The notes beneath the pieces were generated by a model, which searched no databases, was not told where the DNA came from, and saw only the letters and a program-made list of their open reading frames with translations. From the NCBI RefSeq assembly GCF_044704955.1, contig NC_091999.1, forward strand, positions 10,044,001-10,108,000: a DNA stretch of 64,000 bases, written 5' to 3'. Shown in pieces: positions 1 through 12,289 of this stretch. This DNA comes from Pristiophorus japonicus (Eukaryota). The number at the start of each line of letters is the position of its first letter. Positions within the stretch are counted from its first letter, which is position 1. A program made the position numbers and the translations under genes.

Positions 1-59
1 ACTGCATGAGATAAAAGCAAAAGCTCCTGACATAAATCTCAGCATGTGTTTATCGTTTC

Positions 60-575
60 ATAAGAACATAACAACATAAGAAATAGGAGCAGGAGTAGGC
101 CATACGGCCCCTCGAGTCTGCTCTGCCATTCAATAAGATCATGGCTGATCTGACCATGGAATCAGCTCCACTTCCTTGCCCGCACCCCATAACCCTTTAT
201 CCCCTTTTCGTTTAAGAAACTGTCCACTTCTGTCTCAAATTTATTCAATGTCCCAACTTCTACAGCTCTCTGGGGCAGCGAATTCCACTGATTTACAACC
301 CTCTGAGAGTAGAAATTTCTCCTCATCTCTGTTTTAAATGGGCAGCCACTTTTTCTAAGATCATGCCCCCTAGTTCTATTCTCCACCATCAGTGGAAACA
401 TCCTCTCCGCATCCACCTTGTCAAGGGCCCGCATAATCATATCTTTCGATAAGATCACCTCTCATTCTTCTGAAATCCAATGAGTAGAGGCCCAACCTAA
501 TCAACATTTCCTCAGAAGTCAACCGCATCATCTGCTGGAATCAACCGAGTGAACATTCTCTAAACTGCCTCCAAA
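60..575 (-). mobile_element. CR1-clade LINE 3' fragment
   Basis: ORF 162..458 matches the CR1 ORF2 C-terminus (RTRGH..RRNFYSQRVVNQWNSLP); (AAGAACAT)-type tail at 60-80. Confidence 0.9.
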
Positions 576-609
576 CATGTGATCTTTCGTGCTTTTCTGT
601 CTGGGGTAA

Positions 610-1040
610 GTTTGATCAGAAAGTGACGGAGAACAAATTCTGTCAGGTTGCTAGATGAAATACATGATTGAATTCGTGTCCTTATCCTTGTCCAAATCTG
701 CAGAGAACTGATATGGGAAATACAGAGAATTATTACCCTGCCCCGAGTGATATCTCCTCTGGAAGTATCGCGGAGCTTACAGGAGTGCTGATGTCGCAGC
801 AAAGAAAGGACAAACTGTCGGATCGGGTAAATCTGCAGCTGAGCATTATGGTCTGTTCTTCTAACCATTAATTCAGACGGATCCTAGGACACTGAGTCTG
901 CGCCCCTGGTTCCTGTAACAAAACACAGGAAGTATGAAAATTCATGGAGTGTACATAACCCATGAAACACATACTGAGCATTTAAACATCGAGTCACTGG
1001 GCATCAAGACTATTATCAGCAAGGAACATGGGCAGTACAT
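610..1040 (-). pseudogene. TCR alpha/delta V pseudogene
   Basis: Leader MYCPCSLLIIVLMP (ATG 1040) is homologous to the leader at 25254; acceptor at 913 then GTRGADSVS*DPSELMV..IMLSC; later FSADLDKDK remnant; frameshifts and no RSS. Confidence 0.75.
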
Positions 1041-1242
1041 GGGGAGCCCTTCTTAGAGTGCGAAAGAAAATAGCAAATTTTTAATAAAATGTTGAATCTT
1101 CTCGTCTGATATGAAAGAATAAACTGAGATCCGGAGCAGGCTTCCCTTATTGGGAGAATGAGAGGCCGTTCACAGGGACAGTGTTACAAATCACCCAGCG
1201 CTCTGATAACAGCAGAGGATAGGAGTCTTTAGGCCCCCGGCA

Positions 1243-1938
1243 GGTTTTTTTTTGTCTCTGTCAATCTTTGCTGCACTGTGTCTTCACCACACAGAAATAG
1301 ATGGCGGCGTCTGTTGCTCAAGCGTCACGAACATTCAGAGCACTGCGCTTCTCTGCTGAACTGAACCGAGCCTTGATCCTGCTCTGATCGCTGGTACCAG
1401 TTGCCACGTGCTGCACGGTTCACCTCGGGTATTGTCTGTACCATTGCAGGATCGGTCCTGCGACTGTCGTGATGCAGGTCAAAGATATCGTATCTCCCTC
1501 ATTTAAAACCACTGACTTTGGAAACTGCAATACGCCTTCACTGCCCGTGGCACCTAAGAGGGGTATGTAGATATTAATATGATATAAAATAATATCATAT
1601 GATATAATATATCATATCAGAAGTAGATATAATATAATAGAATATATATAAAATTATCATATCATATAATTAATACAATGTAAAAATATAATATAATTTT
1701 ATAACGTAATAAAGTAGAATATAACATAATATAACCTAATACAATATAACATAATTTAACATAGTATAACACAATGTAATAAAATACAATATAACGTAAC
1801 ATATAGCAATAATATATAAACAAATAAAATACATTTAGGATGTAAAATATTTCCGACTTACTGCTTGTGACCACACTCACAGGGAGTGGAGAGTAAGAAA
1901 TTCAGGGAGATAATCACTAATGTAAAGTACAGCTTCAT
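1243..1938 (-). pseudogene. TCR V pseudogene with two in-frame stops
   Basis: Leader MKLYFTLVIISLNFLLSTP 1938-1881 with GTGAG donor; V exon ATGSEGVLQFPKSVVLNEGDTISLTC..WYRQYPR*..DAAIYFCVVK; RSS CACAGTG (1280-1274), 22-bp spacer, AAAAAAACC. Confidence 0.9.
1565..1845. repeat. AT-rich (ATAAY)n-like simple repeat in V intron
   Basis: Degenerate pentamer repeats directly visible. Confidence 0.85.
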
Positions 1939-2239
1939 GTCGGATCCTTCCGGCTTGTGTAAAGTAACCACCAGCGGATCTACACCGAGACAAGATCCTG
2001 GAGAAGGCAGCGCTGTTGTGTATCAATCTGAACCGAATATCACACTGTACCCGGCACAAACAGGCCTCTGGGACTCAAGATGTGAACCTGTGAGTAAGGC
2101 CCCGGGCTCAGAATTGATGCGGGTGGGGGGAGGGGTATAGCGCGTGTCGGGACGTCCGCGAGTGATTCTGAATGAAATAGGCACAGTGAGAGCACAAATA
2201 GTGAACAATGTCTGCGAGTTCAGCTCAAAGAGGGCCCTG

Positions 2240-2253
2240 CCACCAGATGGCGC
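2240..2253 (+). promoter_or_regulatory. CTCF-like motif
   Basis: CCACCAGATGGCGC, near-perfect CTCF core consensus. Confidence 0.65.
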
Positions 2254-3577
2254 TGATTGACCATTGTTTCCCACGCGGGTCACGTTTTATCAGCACATAA
2301 AGACTGATTTGTTTTTGATATAAATTAACATAAAATTCCTCCTCACCTCTCAGATTTATGGTCACTTATATTATATCGTCCACTTACAGTTGAACAGTTC
2401 CACACATTACTTGACTGTAAATGAGCTTGTCAACTCAAGTTGATAGTTTCGATAAATATATTTCTCATTATTAATTACAATTCAGAATGTGTTGATCTTG
2501 TATTATATTATCCAACATCTGATTTCACCCTCAAAATGTAACCCCAAATCAGTGATGAAGTTAATTGTACCCAAAATAATTATTCTGGAAATCCTTTTGC
2601 GAGCCTGGAAATAACAGTTCTTATAGAGAAGTCGAGTTACGTTGTTCCCAAAGGATACGGTATTATTGAAGTAATTTTCTTACACTTGTATTGTCTGTGT
2701 TGTACAGCTGAATGCTGCAATTAAACAAACGGCGCCAACAGATATTAAATCAGTTTGACCCTGTCAATGCGAGCATCCCTTGTATAATGACTCGAGACAC
2801 TGGTAAATATCCCACCGGTTCTCCGCTGCATTCCTTGCACACGTGGGGCATTTATCCCGCTCTCTTTTAAATTCACCGCCAGCTATTGAGACACCACTCG
2901 TGAAGTATTTATGCTCTTCATTGTCCCTTCTCATGTACAATACTTTACACTTTTCTAGATTAAGTTACATCTGCCATAATCATCTTTAGTATTCCTGTCT
3001 CGCGTGGGTGAGTCTATTCATCGGGATCGGTACTGTTAATTTCTCCCCATGTATTCCGCAGTCCCCGGTGCCTGATCAGCGAATGTGTCTGACACACGGA
3101 CCACCCCAGTCACCAGCAGAAATAGAGACGCTTTAATCCCTTTTGACTGGGCAGGTTTTGAACGCAGAATGGCACAGCGTGATAGGATTGCTTCGGACCG
3201 ATTGCCAGGACCCACCATATTGAACAGACACCAATCGCTTCTGACGTTTACAAAGTGACAGTCGACCAAATATCTGGCGCGTCGGTGAGAAACACGTCAG
3301 CAATCTGGTTATTGGATACAGAAGAATCACGTTATAAGGATCAGACACCTTTGCCAGTCGCTGGCAAATTATAACCTCCATTATCGATCTGACCAACCAT
3401 ACAGACATATTTTCAGACAATCGATATCGCTAGAATTCTCAGAACCAATATTTTGCAATAAAATACGTCGAAGTGGGACATTCAGATTCTTATTTCCATG
3501 TAACTATTCTGACTTCAGAAGACTGGATTGGAAAATAAACCTGTTGAACATGTTGCGTGTTTGTCTTTTATTAGCAG

Positions 3578-3903
3578 GGGTCCGTTGTGAGGACGGAATA
3601 TCCCAAACCGAGCAGGTGACGGCGGCAGAGGGACAGTCAGAACAAATTCATTGCGATGTGACCACCAGCAGCAGCTATAGGGTTTTGTGAGACCGGGAAT
3701 TATCAGGCCGGACAACGGAATTTACAATCTCCACCTATCAGGCTAATACAACCGACGAAAGTGGACGGTTTGATTTGTTTGTTGACAAAAAGAGTGGTTG
3801 TAATATTTTCATTGTGCGGAAAACCGCGGATTCAGACTCTGGGCTGTTTATCTGCACAAAGATGCACTCTGAGACAAACGGTGATACATCCTGTACAACA
3901 ACT
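3578..3903 (+). pseudogene. Divergent V pseudogene (conserved Trp changed to TGA)
   Basis: Acceptor TTAGCAG then GVRCEDGISQTEQVTAAEGQSEQIHC..RVL*DR..GRFDLFVDKKSG..DSGLFICTKM; RSS CACTCTG, 23 bp, ACAACAACT (3865-3903); leader not recognisable. Confidence 0.85.
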
Positions 3904-4440
3904 TTCATTCCTCTCAATCATCGAGATCAGGATATTTATTCTCATTATCTTGCATCTCTCTTTGAAAACAAAGATTCAGAATTGCATTATTATCATTTAG
4001 TGTCACCTGACAAAGATATACACGGTTAAAGTAATGGTGAATGAGGTAGCCACTTTAAAGGGCCAGATTTACTCAGTAACCGTGATTTCACTGGGATACA
4101 TCAAATATGATGGCGTCATATTATTAAATAATCATTTCGGAAGCTATCAGGGATGGCCAATCAATGCTGGCCTTGCAAGCGACGCAGGCATCCAGCGAAT
4201 GAATTAGAAATAACTTTGTATAACAGTATATGGCGTTTTCAGTTTTATTATTTAGTGTCACTTCAAATGAAATAAATGAAAATGGAAGTGACTACAATAT
4301 TTAGATTTGCGGGGGTTTAATTTCTCCCTGCAATAAACATCTTCTTCACAGTAAAAAAAAAATAGGAAAGCAATCCAAATAATTCTGGAAGAGAATACTT
4401 TGTTTGACAAACTCGACAAATACACATTTATCCGAAACCA

Positions 4441-4454
4441 ACACCAGGTGGCAC
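4441..4454 (+). promoter_or_regulatory. CTCF-like motif
   Basis: ACACCAGGTGGCAC. Confidence 0.5.
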
Positions 4455-4769
4455 GCCTATCCGTCAGGCGTTTTCACGTTGATACAGAACTGAAAGCACA
4501 ATCAAAAAATTGCATCGAGACCGGAAACCATATGAACCTTACTGTAATGAGATAAGTATTCACTTAAAGGAGGAAAACGACGAGTAAAATTTAGGGGTTC
4601 AGATACAGAAAGTTTGGAACAAGCTGTAAAATTCTATAATTCCAAGCTCGCGATGATTATTTCAGATTGAAATGCGACACAGATCAATCTTTGTGAACAA
4701 TGTAATCTGTTGTTAGACATAGCTGTCAGAGGCATTCCAGGTTCAAGAGTTAATTGTTTTGAGAGAGAG

Positions 4770-4832
4770 CCAATCCGTGCCTGGGACTGGGAATGACGTC
4801 AGGTCACAACATCGCATAATAGGCCGATTGGT
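4770..4832 (+). promoter_or_regulatory. V promoter with CCAAT boxes and full CRE
   Basis: GCCAATC, TGACGTCA (~4795) and ATTGG upstream of the leader remnant belonging to the V at 7017. Confidence 0.55.
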
Positions 4833-4949
4833 CAGAATGTCGCCCATCAGTGGCACACTGTATGGGATGAATGTAAAGCCCTCCCGTCACAACCCCGTCA
4901 TCATCATTAAAATTCTCAGATTCGGCAGCGCGGTCCAGTGTGGAAATCA

Positions 4950-7337
4950 GACCGTAATTGATCCGCTTTTGTCCATCTTTATCGTCATAGAAACATAGAA
5001 ACATAGAAAATAGGTGCAGGAGTAGGCCATTCGGCCCTTCGAGCCTGCACCGCCATTCAATGAGTTCATGGCTGAACATGCAACTTAGTACCCCATTCCT
5101 ACTTTCTCGCCATACCACTTGATCCCCCTAGTAGTAAGGACTACATCGAACTCCTTTTTGAATATATTTCCTGAATTGGCCTGAACCATTTTCTGTGGTA
5201 GAGAATTCCACAGTACACCACTCTCTGGGTGAAGCAGTTTCACCTCATCTCAGTCCTAAATGACTTACCACTTATCCTTAGACTGTAACACCTGGTTCTG
5301 GGCTACCCCAACATTGGGAACATTCTTCCTGCATCGAACCTGTCCCGTCCCGTCACAATTTTAAACGTTTCTATGAGATCCCCTCTCATTCTTCTGAACT
5401 CCAATGAATAAAAGCCCAGTTGATCCAGTCTTTCTTGATATGTGAGTCCCGCCATCCCGGGAATCAGTCTGGTGAACCTTCGCTGCACTCCCTCAATAAC
5501 AAGAATGTCCTTCCTCAAGTTAGGAGACCAAAACTGTACACAATATTCCAGGTGAAGCTTCACCAAGGCCCTGTACAACTATAGTAACACCTCCCTGCCC
5601 ATGTACTCAAATCCCCTTGCTATGAAGGCCAACATGCCATTAGCTTTCTTAACCGCCTGCTGTACCTGCATGCCAACCTTCAATGACTGATGTACCATGA
5701 CACCCAGATCTCGTTGCATCTGCCCTTTTCATAATCTGTCACCATTCAGAGAATAGTCTGTCTCTCTGTTTTTACCACCAAAGTGGATAACCTCACATTT
5801 ATCCACATTTGACTTCATCTGCCATGCATTTGCCGACTCACCTAACCTATCCAAGTCACTCTGCAGCCTCATAGCATCCTCTCGCAGCTCACACTGCCAC
5901 CCAACTTAGTGTCATCCGCAAATTTGTAGATACTACATTTAATCCCCTCGTCCAAATCATTAATGTACAATGTAAACAGCTGGGGTCCCAGCACAGGGCC
6001 TTGCGGTACCCCACTAGTCACTGCCTGCCATTCTGAAAAATATCCATTTACTCCTACTCTTTGCTTCCTGTCTGCCAACCAGTTCTCAATCCACATCAGC
6101 ACACTACCCCCAATCCCATGTGCTTTAACTTTGCACATTAAGCTCTTGTTTAGGACCTTGTCGAAAGCCATCTGAAAGTCCGAATACACCACATCAATTG
6201 GTTCTCCCTTGTCCACTCTACTGGAAATATACTCAGAAAATTCCAGAAGATTTGTCAAGCATGATTTTCCTTTCACAAATCTATGCTGACTTGGACCTAT
6301 CATGTCACCTCTTTCCAAATGCGCTGCTATAACATGCTTAATAATTGATTCCATCATTTTACCCACTATCGATGTCAGGCTGACCGGTCTATAATTCCCT
6401 ATTTTCTCTCTGACTCCTTTTTTTAAAAGTTGGGTTACATTGGCTACTCTCCAAATCCATAGGAACTGATCCAGAGTCTATGGAATGTTGGAAAATGACT
6501 GACAATCCATCCGATATTTCCAAGGCCACCTCCTTAAGCACTCTGGGATGCAGACCATCAGTACCCTGGGGATGTATCGGCCTTAAATTCCATCAATTTC
6601 ACCAACACAATTTCCCGACTAATAAGGATATCCATCAGTTCCTCCTTCTTACTCGACCCTCTGATCCCTTTTATATTGAGAAGGTTGTTTGTGTCCTCCT
6701 TAGTGAATACCAAACCAGCATACTTGTTCAACTGATCTGCCATTTATTTGTTCCCCGTTATGACTTCCCCTGATTCTGACTGCAGGGGACCTACGTTTGT
6801 CTTTACTAACCTTTTTCTCTTTACATATCTATAGAAGCTTTTGCAGTCCGTTTTAATGTTCCCTGCAACCTTCCTCCGCAACCTCTGCAAGGACCACTAT
6901 CCAGTTCGAGTAATGGTGTTGTTGATGTATGTGGATTTATTTATCCGATCAGACGCCTTGGATTTAGCAATTTCTTATTACCTTGTGTTTGTTGAGTGAG
7001 TTTGTTTTTTTCATAGCCGTTCTTTGCGAGGATCGGAGCTCACATGCTCAGCATGTGGTGTCCCGGGAATGACAACGGGCTGAACTGGACTGCCGGCTCT
7101 CCTTTGGTGCTATGGATACCGCAGCTTGGTACAAACAAGTACTGACAGGGCTGCCAACATTTATCGGGTCCATATACAAGGGGAATGAGACCACAGGGCG
7201 CTACAAAATGTTCTTTGACCGAGTGAGGAAGTCCAACACCATCTCGATAGATGGCACCGCTGCCAGAGATGCCGGAGTGTATCAATGTGTGGTGCAGACA
7301 GGGTGAAGGGAAGAGCGGCTCCCGCTGCACAGTATCT
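4950..7337 (+). pseudogene. V pseudogene, leader apparently interrupted by CR1; V exon 7017-7298
   Basis: V exon VLCEDRSSHAQHVVSRE*QRAELDC..AAWYKQ..GRYKMFFDRVRKSNTISI..DAGVYQCVVQ; RSS CAGGGTG, 23 bp, ACAGTATCT; leader-like DPLLSIFIV before and LCKDHYP after the CR1. Confidence 0.8.
4986..6876 (-). mobile_element. CR1 LINE, 5'-truncated, RT region
   Basis: ORFs 5869..6366 ([18 protein letters not shown]) and 5303..5578; (CATAGAAA)n tail at 4986. Confidence 0.95.
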
Positions 7338-7528
7338 TGTTTGTTGTCGTCTTTCCGCTGCACCACAAATTTTTCCCAAATCAAGTCCTTGAAAAATGCC
7401 GGTGTTGTTCAGAAATGTACGTTCACATGTTTAAACATCCACCTGGTTATAATTACGACATCTTACAGCTGTAACTACCAACATAGTGCATCGAACCGTA
7501 TTAACTAAGGTTTTCTATGTTTGGTTGT

Positions 7529-7728
7529 NNNNNNNNNNNNNNNNNNNNNNNNNNNNNNNNNNNNNNNNNNNNNNNNNNNNNNNNNNNNNNNNNNNNNNNN
7601 NNNNNNNNNNNNNNNNNNNNNNNNNNNNNNNNNNNNNNNNNNNNNNNNNNNNNNNNNNNNNNNNNNNNNNNNNNNNNNNNNNNNNNNNNNNNNNNNNNNN
7701 NNNNNNNNNNNNNNNNNNNNNNNNNNNN
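7529..7728. other. Assembly gap (200 N)
   Basis: Run of N. Confidence 1.
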
Positions 7729-7796
7729 TATCCACCATTTTATTGCATTCTCCTTGCATGTATCTTCAGTTTAATTCTTATTCCTGCTTTGGCAGC

Positions 7797-8085
7797 AGCT
7801 CCTTGTCACTCGATGAGATTTGAAATATCGGTGTATCGGGAAACCGAAAGACAAATCATATTGCTTCATCACAAAACTACATCTGCTACAAATGTCATTG
7901 TATTGTGGTACCGACATTTCACAATCAGTCTCCTTCGTATCCCAGCTCCACCTTCAGGAAGGAAAGAGTTGAGCTCCGGTTTAAAGTGTCTATGGACCTT
8001 TTTGAAATTCTCCACCACTCTCACCATGAACTTGGCGGGTCTGTCCGATGCCATGGTGTATTGAACTGCAGTGAGACATGGTAAA
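7797..8085 (+). pseudogene. Degenerate V pseudogene
   Basis: ..VIVLWYRH..RFKVS..STTLTMNLAGLSDAMVY*TAVR followed by heptamer remnant CATGGTA; both Cys lost. Confidence 0.65.
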
Positions 8086-8404
8086 ACAAAGAGGTGACTC
8101 ATCGCGGGGACTGAGGAGACCACGGGCGTCAGAATCCAGTGTGATACAAGTACAATCAGCAAGAGGTTACTTCAGATAAGTAAAGGACGTCATCAGTGCT
8201 ATTAGTTTTAACAGATTAAACTAAAGATTCATTGTTTAGTTGGAAATGCAAGTTTTGTTGTCACAATTTCACCAAAATTATATCTGATCCAGGCAGAAGC
8301 TTAACTTACCCCGTGCGTGCTTGCCCTGGAATTCTTTATTTGGATAGTACAGTGGGGGGAGGGGGACGGGGGTCGGCGGGGGTGGGGGGTGGGGGGGTGC
8401 ATGG

Positions 8405-8850
8405 GGGGGAGCTTGTTACTGTGCATCTAACCCGTTCTGTAGCTACCCTCGCACTGTTTGATGGGACAGTGTAGAGGCAGGTTTACTCTGTATCTAACAC
8501 GGGCTGTAACTGCCCTGGGAGTGTTTGAAGGGACAGTGTGAAGGGAGATTTCTCTGAATCAAAAGTTTGCTGTACCTGTCCTGCGAGTGTTCGATGAGAG
8601 AGTATGGAGGGAACTTTACTTTGCATCCAACTCATGCTTTATCTGTCCCGGGATTGCTTGATGGGACAGTGTAGAGAGAGCTCTACTATGTATATAACCT
8701 GTGCTTCACCTGCCTTGGGAGTGTTTGGTGGGCCAATGAAGTGGGAGCTTTACTCTCTATCTTAACCCGTGCTGGATCTGTCCTGGGAGTTTTTGGTGGG
8801 ACAGTATAAAAGGAGCGTTAGTCTCTATCTAACCCATGTTGTTCCTGTGT
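8405..8850 (+). repeat. ~67-bp shark satellite, about 6.5 copies
   Basis: Unit CTAACCCGTGCTGTACCTGCCCTGGGAGTGTTTGATGGGACAGTGTAGAGGGAGCTTTACTCTGTAT. Confidence 0.9.
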
Positions 8851-9327
8851 GATATTGTTTTATATGAAATATTGATGAGGAATTTATGTTGATAGTGTTT
8901 TGATTCAACATTCAGTTTAATCGTCAAGAGTGAAACATTAATCACCTTTGATTCATGTAATTTCTGTGTTTGGTCTGCATATTGGATGATTAGTAATATC
9001 GAATGACTTCCATTTTTACGAAATTAACATTACATAGGTATGAATAGCGCTATTATTAATGTGAAGTCCATCTAGTTTAGGCAAATGAACGCATATTTCT
9101 GTTGATGACCTGCACACAGTCAAGAACTGAAACATGAAATTTCCGAATTAATGTAAATAGCGAGACAGCAAAACCAGTACAATACAATGGCAGAAGTTAC
9201 AGTCATAATCTTAAGTAAATAATAACAATAATAACCTGGCATAATAATAATCCAAAATAATCATGCAGCAGTGTTCTTTATAAACTGACAATTAATGTTT
9301 CACAGTGCGGATTCCCTCTACGTCCTG

Positions 9328-9341
9328 GCGCCCCTTGATGG
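9328..9341 (-). promoter_or_regulatory. CTCF-like motif
   Basis: Reverse complement CCATCAAGGGGCGC. Confidence 0.45.
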
Positions 9342-9639
9342 TGTTCCAAAACCTGATATTTTTCCAAAACTTACAGATCAGACAGTTTCACGGTTTCACG
9401 GGTGACAGCTGGGGATTCCCGGAAACACTTCTGTGTCTAATCACCGCACGTAGTATTGTATTTAGGGCAAGAGTCTATTCACAAACAATAGGTGTTACGG
9501 AGTGGGACAAGAGACTTACAGTGAACACCAGGTATTTCTCTATTTCATGGTCCAATGTCACTGCAAGATCCGATGGGGGAGGGTAACAATTCTTCAATCC
9601 AAAATTATACTTCAGTGTGTCATAAACAGACAGGTGTGT

Positions 9640-9850
9640 CGATCTTACACTAGGCCCTGCATCAGCTTTTACTGCACAAGGACATGTATATTTTTATATT
9701 ATACAAAGCTCTGTCTCAGTTGTTACTCTACTAGACCATGTCTTTATTGATATTACATTAGATCCTGTTGTTGTTTATATTACACCCGGCCATGTCTCTG
9801 TTTATATTACACTAAACCCTCTCTCTGTTTGCATTACACTAAACGCTATC
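9640..9850. repeat. Degenerate ~28-bp tandem repeat
   Basis: Repeated TATATTACACTAGACCATGTCTCTGT-like units. Confidence 0.65.
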
Positions 9851-10639
9851 TTTGTTTTTCCACCATTGTCCTTCAGACCTGTGCTCCCTGTTTCCCTTAA
9901 GTTTCACTGCACACCTCATCGGATTCCTCCACTGCCTCCCGGCGAGGGGGAAATATCCACATGTTTCTAATCAGACCTGAGTGCCGTTCGGAGTTTTTGC
10001 TGCTTCGGCACTCCTTTTCCTCTAAACTCCTCGAGTTCACGCATGATATCTCCTGTGGTGCAATAGGACAGTTGGTTAAGGGAAGGGAAAATTAACAACT
10101 CTTACGAAGGAGGTGGAAGGAATTGTTTGGGAATCGGGGCAAATGATGATTAAATTATGTCTCTGCCCCAATCCCTCTTCCCCGACACTCCATATCCGGG
10201 GCCTCCCTCCACTCTAATCTCATCTATTTGTCTGTCCTGTTCCCGCTGACACAGGGCTCGATAAGTTTTAGGGAGTGAATAAGCCCATCAAGTCTGCAAT
10301 TGCCGTCTCGCTCTTCATACCCTTTAAAATCCTCTTTCGAGACTCATATCCAATTTACCTAGTGACATAACTCGTGCAGTTATTCCATAGTGTCAGCTGC
10401 TTCTGTGTAAAGAATTGATTTTCTCACCACAAAAATGTATCTATTGCCGGATTCACTCGGTTGACTTCAGGGCCATGGAGGGCTGCGGATCCTACAATTA
10501 ACATCGGCAGAGAAAAGCCGCTATCTGTGACAGAGGTGTACTCTGGGAGAAATGTTCACACATACACACCTCACCAACCTTTCTAGTGACAACTGTATAT
10601 TTCTCTTTTATCGATTAAGATACAGAATTTATTTTTGTG

Positions 10640-10995
10640 TAAATTGACGTGTTTCAATCGAGCCATTTTAGCTACATTTACGGAAGCCATTCACAACGTG
10701 TTACGTCACACAAACATGGCGGACTGTACGTCACAAAATGTTGCCCGGCGGTGTGCCCGGCAGTGGATGACGCCACAACTCTTTTCCACGTTACAGCGCC
10801 ATGATTGGCTGTTTCTCCCATTGATTCATGGTCAGGGGTCACGGGCCGTTTGCTGCAGAACATACGAGTCCCGTTTGGTGCGGTCTCTGACCCCTGACTC
10901 AGGGCTGTTACTGCGGAATATCAGCTCTTGAAAGAGCCTCACGCCGCCTGAGTTGCTTCTGTTAGTTTTGATACTAAATGGGACTTTGAATAAGA
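10640..10995 (+). promoter_or_regulatory. CpG-rich orphan promoter with decayed leader-like exon
   Basis: TTACGTCA, TACGTCA, TGACGCCA, AACATGGCGG, ATTGG and TGACTCA clustered; then ACG-PPELLLLVLILNGTL and ATAAG (mutated start and donor); no V exon follows. Confidence 0.45.
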
Positions 10996-11314
10996 ATAAG
11001 AATGGGAATAAAATTAAATTTAACTCTTTAAGTATGTCTTCATTCAGTGCGTTGTTTAACAGCAAATACTCATATTGGCTGATAATCAATATTGTGAAGT
11101 AGGATCAGTTATCCTAAAGGAGAACATGTTATTATATAATGTAATTTTGAAAATGTAGACAATATTGATTTTATTTATTTCTGTATCCCAATACAATAAA
11201 GCAGTAGGAATATAGCTGTAGGTAATTCATCCGCTAAAGCCTTTCCATCATTGCAAAAATCTACTGCCAATCTCTGGCAGCATACATAAATAAATGCCAT
11301 TGCCTCTACAGCAC

Positions 11315-11705
11315 ACGAATGGGACTAAATGTGGATACGTCCCATTTACCAGATGGTCTGCATCCTACGGTCTTAAAGGAGGTGGCTGCTGAGAAGTGGA
11401 TCCAATCATTGTTATCTACCAACTTTCTCTGGATTCTGGCGAGGTCCCAGTGGACTGAAAAACCACAACTTTGATTCCCATATTGAAGAAAGGAGAGAGA
11501 CAGATAGCAGGAAACTATATCCCAGTTAATGTGGAGAGATACAGATTTTTGAATGATAAATGCGTCAATCGTTATGGGGAATTGATGAGGAAGTGGGGTT
11601 GAGGCCAGTATCAGATTAGCCATGACCTTTTAGAATGGAGCAGGCTCGAGAAGCCAAATGGCCTGCTCCTGCTCCTATTTCTTATTTTCTTATGTTCTTA
11701 TGTTT
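11315..11705 (+). mobile_element. Internally deleted CR1 fragment
   Basis: PDGLHPTVLKEVA-type segment joined to a CR1 3' UTR with (TTCTTATG)n tail. Confidence 0.8.
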
Positions 11706-11711
11706 CCCTTT

Positions 11712-12170
11712 TTTATTAATTCTCGTGAGGTCGCTGAGGAGCCTGACATTTATTGCCCATTCCCCAGATTCCCCTTGATAAGTTCATGGTGGTCATTTTT
11801 CTTAGACTACTGCATTTCTGCTCTTTGCCCCCATTTGGTACAATTAAGTGGCTTACTGGGCCACTTAACCGAACAGCCAAGAAAGAATCTCGTTGTATAT
11901 GGCGCCGGAGTCCCATAAGGGACACAGCCAGAAAAGGTAGCAGTTTCCCTTCCTAATAAAGGGCATTAGTGATGTAGTTTGGGTTTTACCAAATTCCGAG
12001 TTTCACGTTCACTTTTGCAGAAAACTTCGTCTTATTTACTTGTAAAGATCTGAAATCAAATTTCTAAATACCATAGTAGAAGGTGAACGAGTGCACTCTA
12101 GATTATTAGCTCACACCTAGGGATTATTTGTTGAGTAGCAGAACCAGCACACTACCACACACCTTAACAC
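11712..12170 (-). mobile_element. Old shark interspersed repeat (SINE-like)
   Basis: CATTTATTGCCCATTCCC tail motif, also seen in + orientation near 4150 and 39500. Confidence 0.55.
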
Positions 12171-12289
12171 ATCATTTTCTTTGCCTCAAACTATCGTTAT
12201 GACAGTGCCAAGAGTAATATAAACAGAGAGTTGGTTTAGTGCACTCATAATTCAGACAGGTACTAATGTAACGTAAAACGAGATATTTA

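Noticed and set aside
7486-7823. ORFs spanning N run
   Set aside because: Artefacts of the assembly gap
9301-9307. Perfect heptamer CACAGTG
   Set aside because: No nonamer at 12 or 23 bp and no V exon upstream
9460-9600. Possible V remnant (VYSQTIGVTE..FSISW)
   Set aside because: No Cys, FR3 or RSS support; too weak
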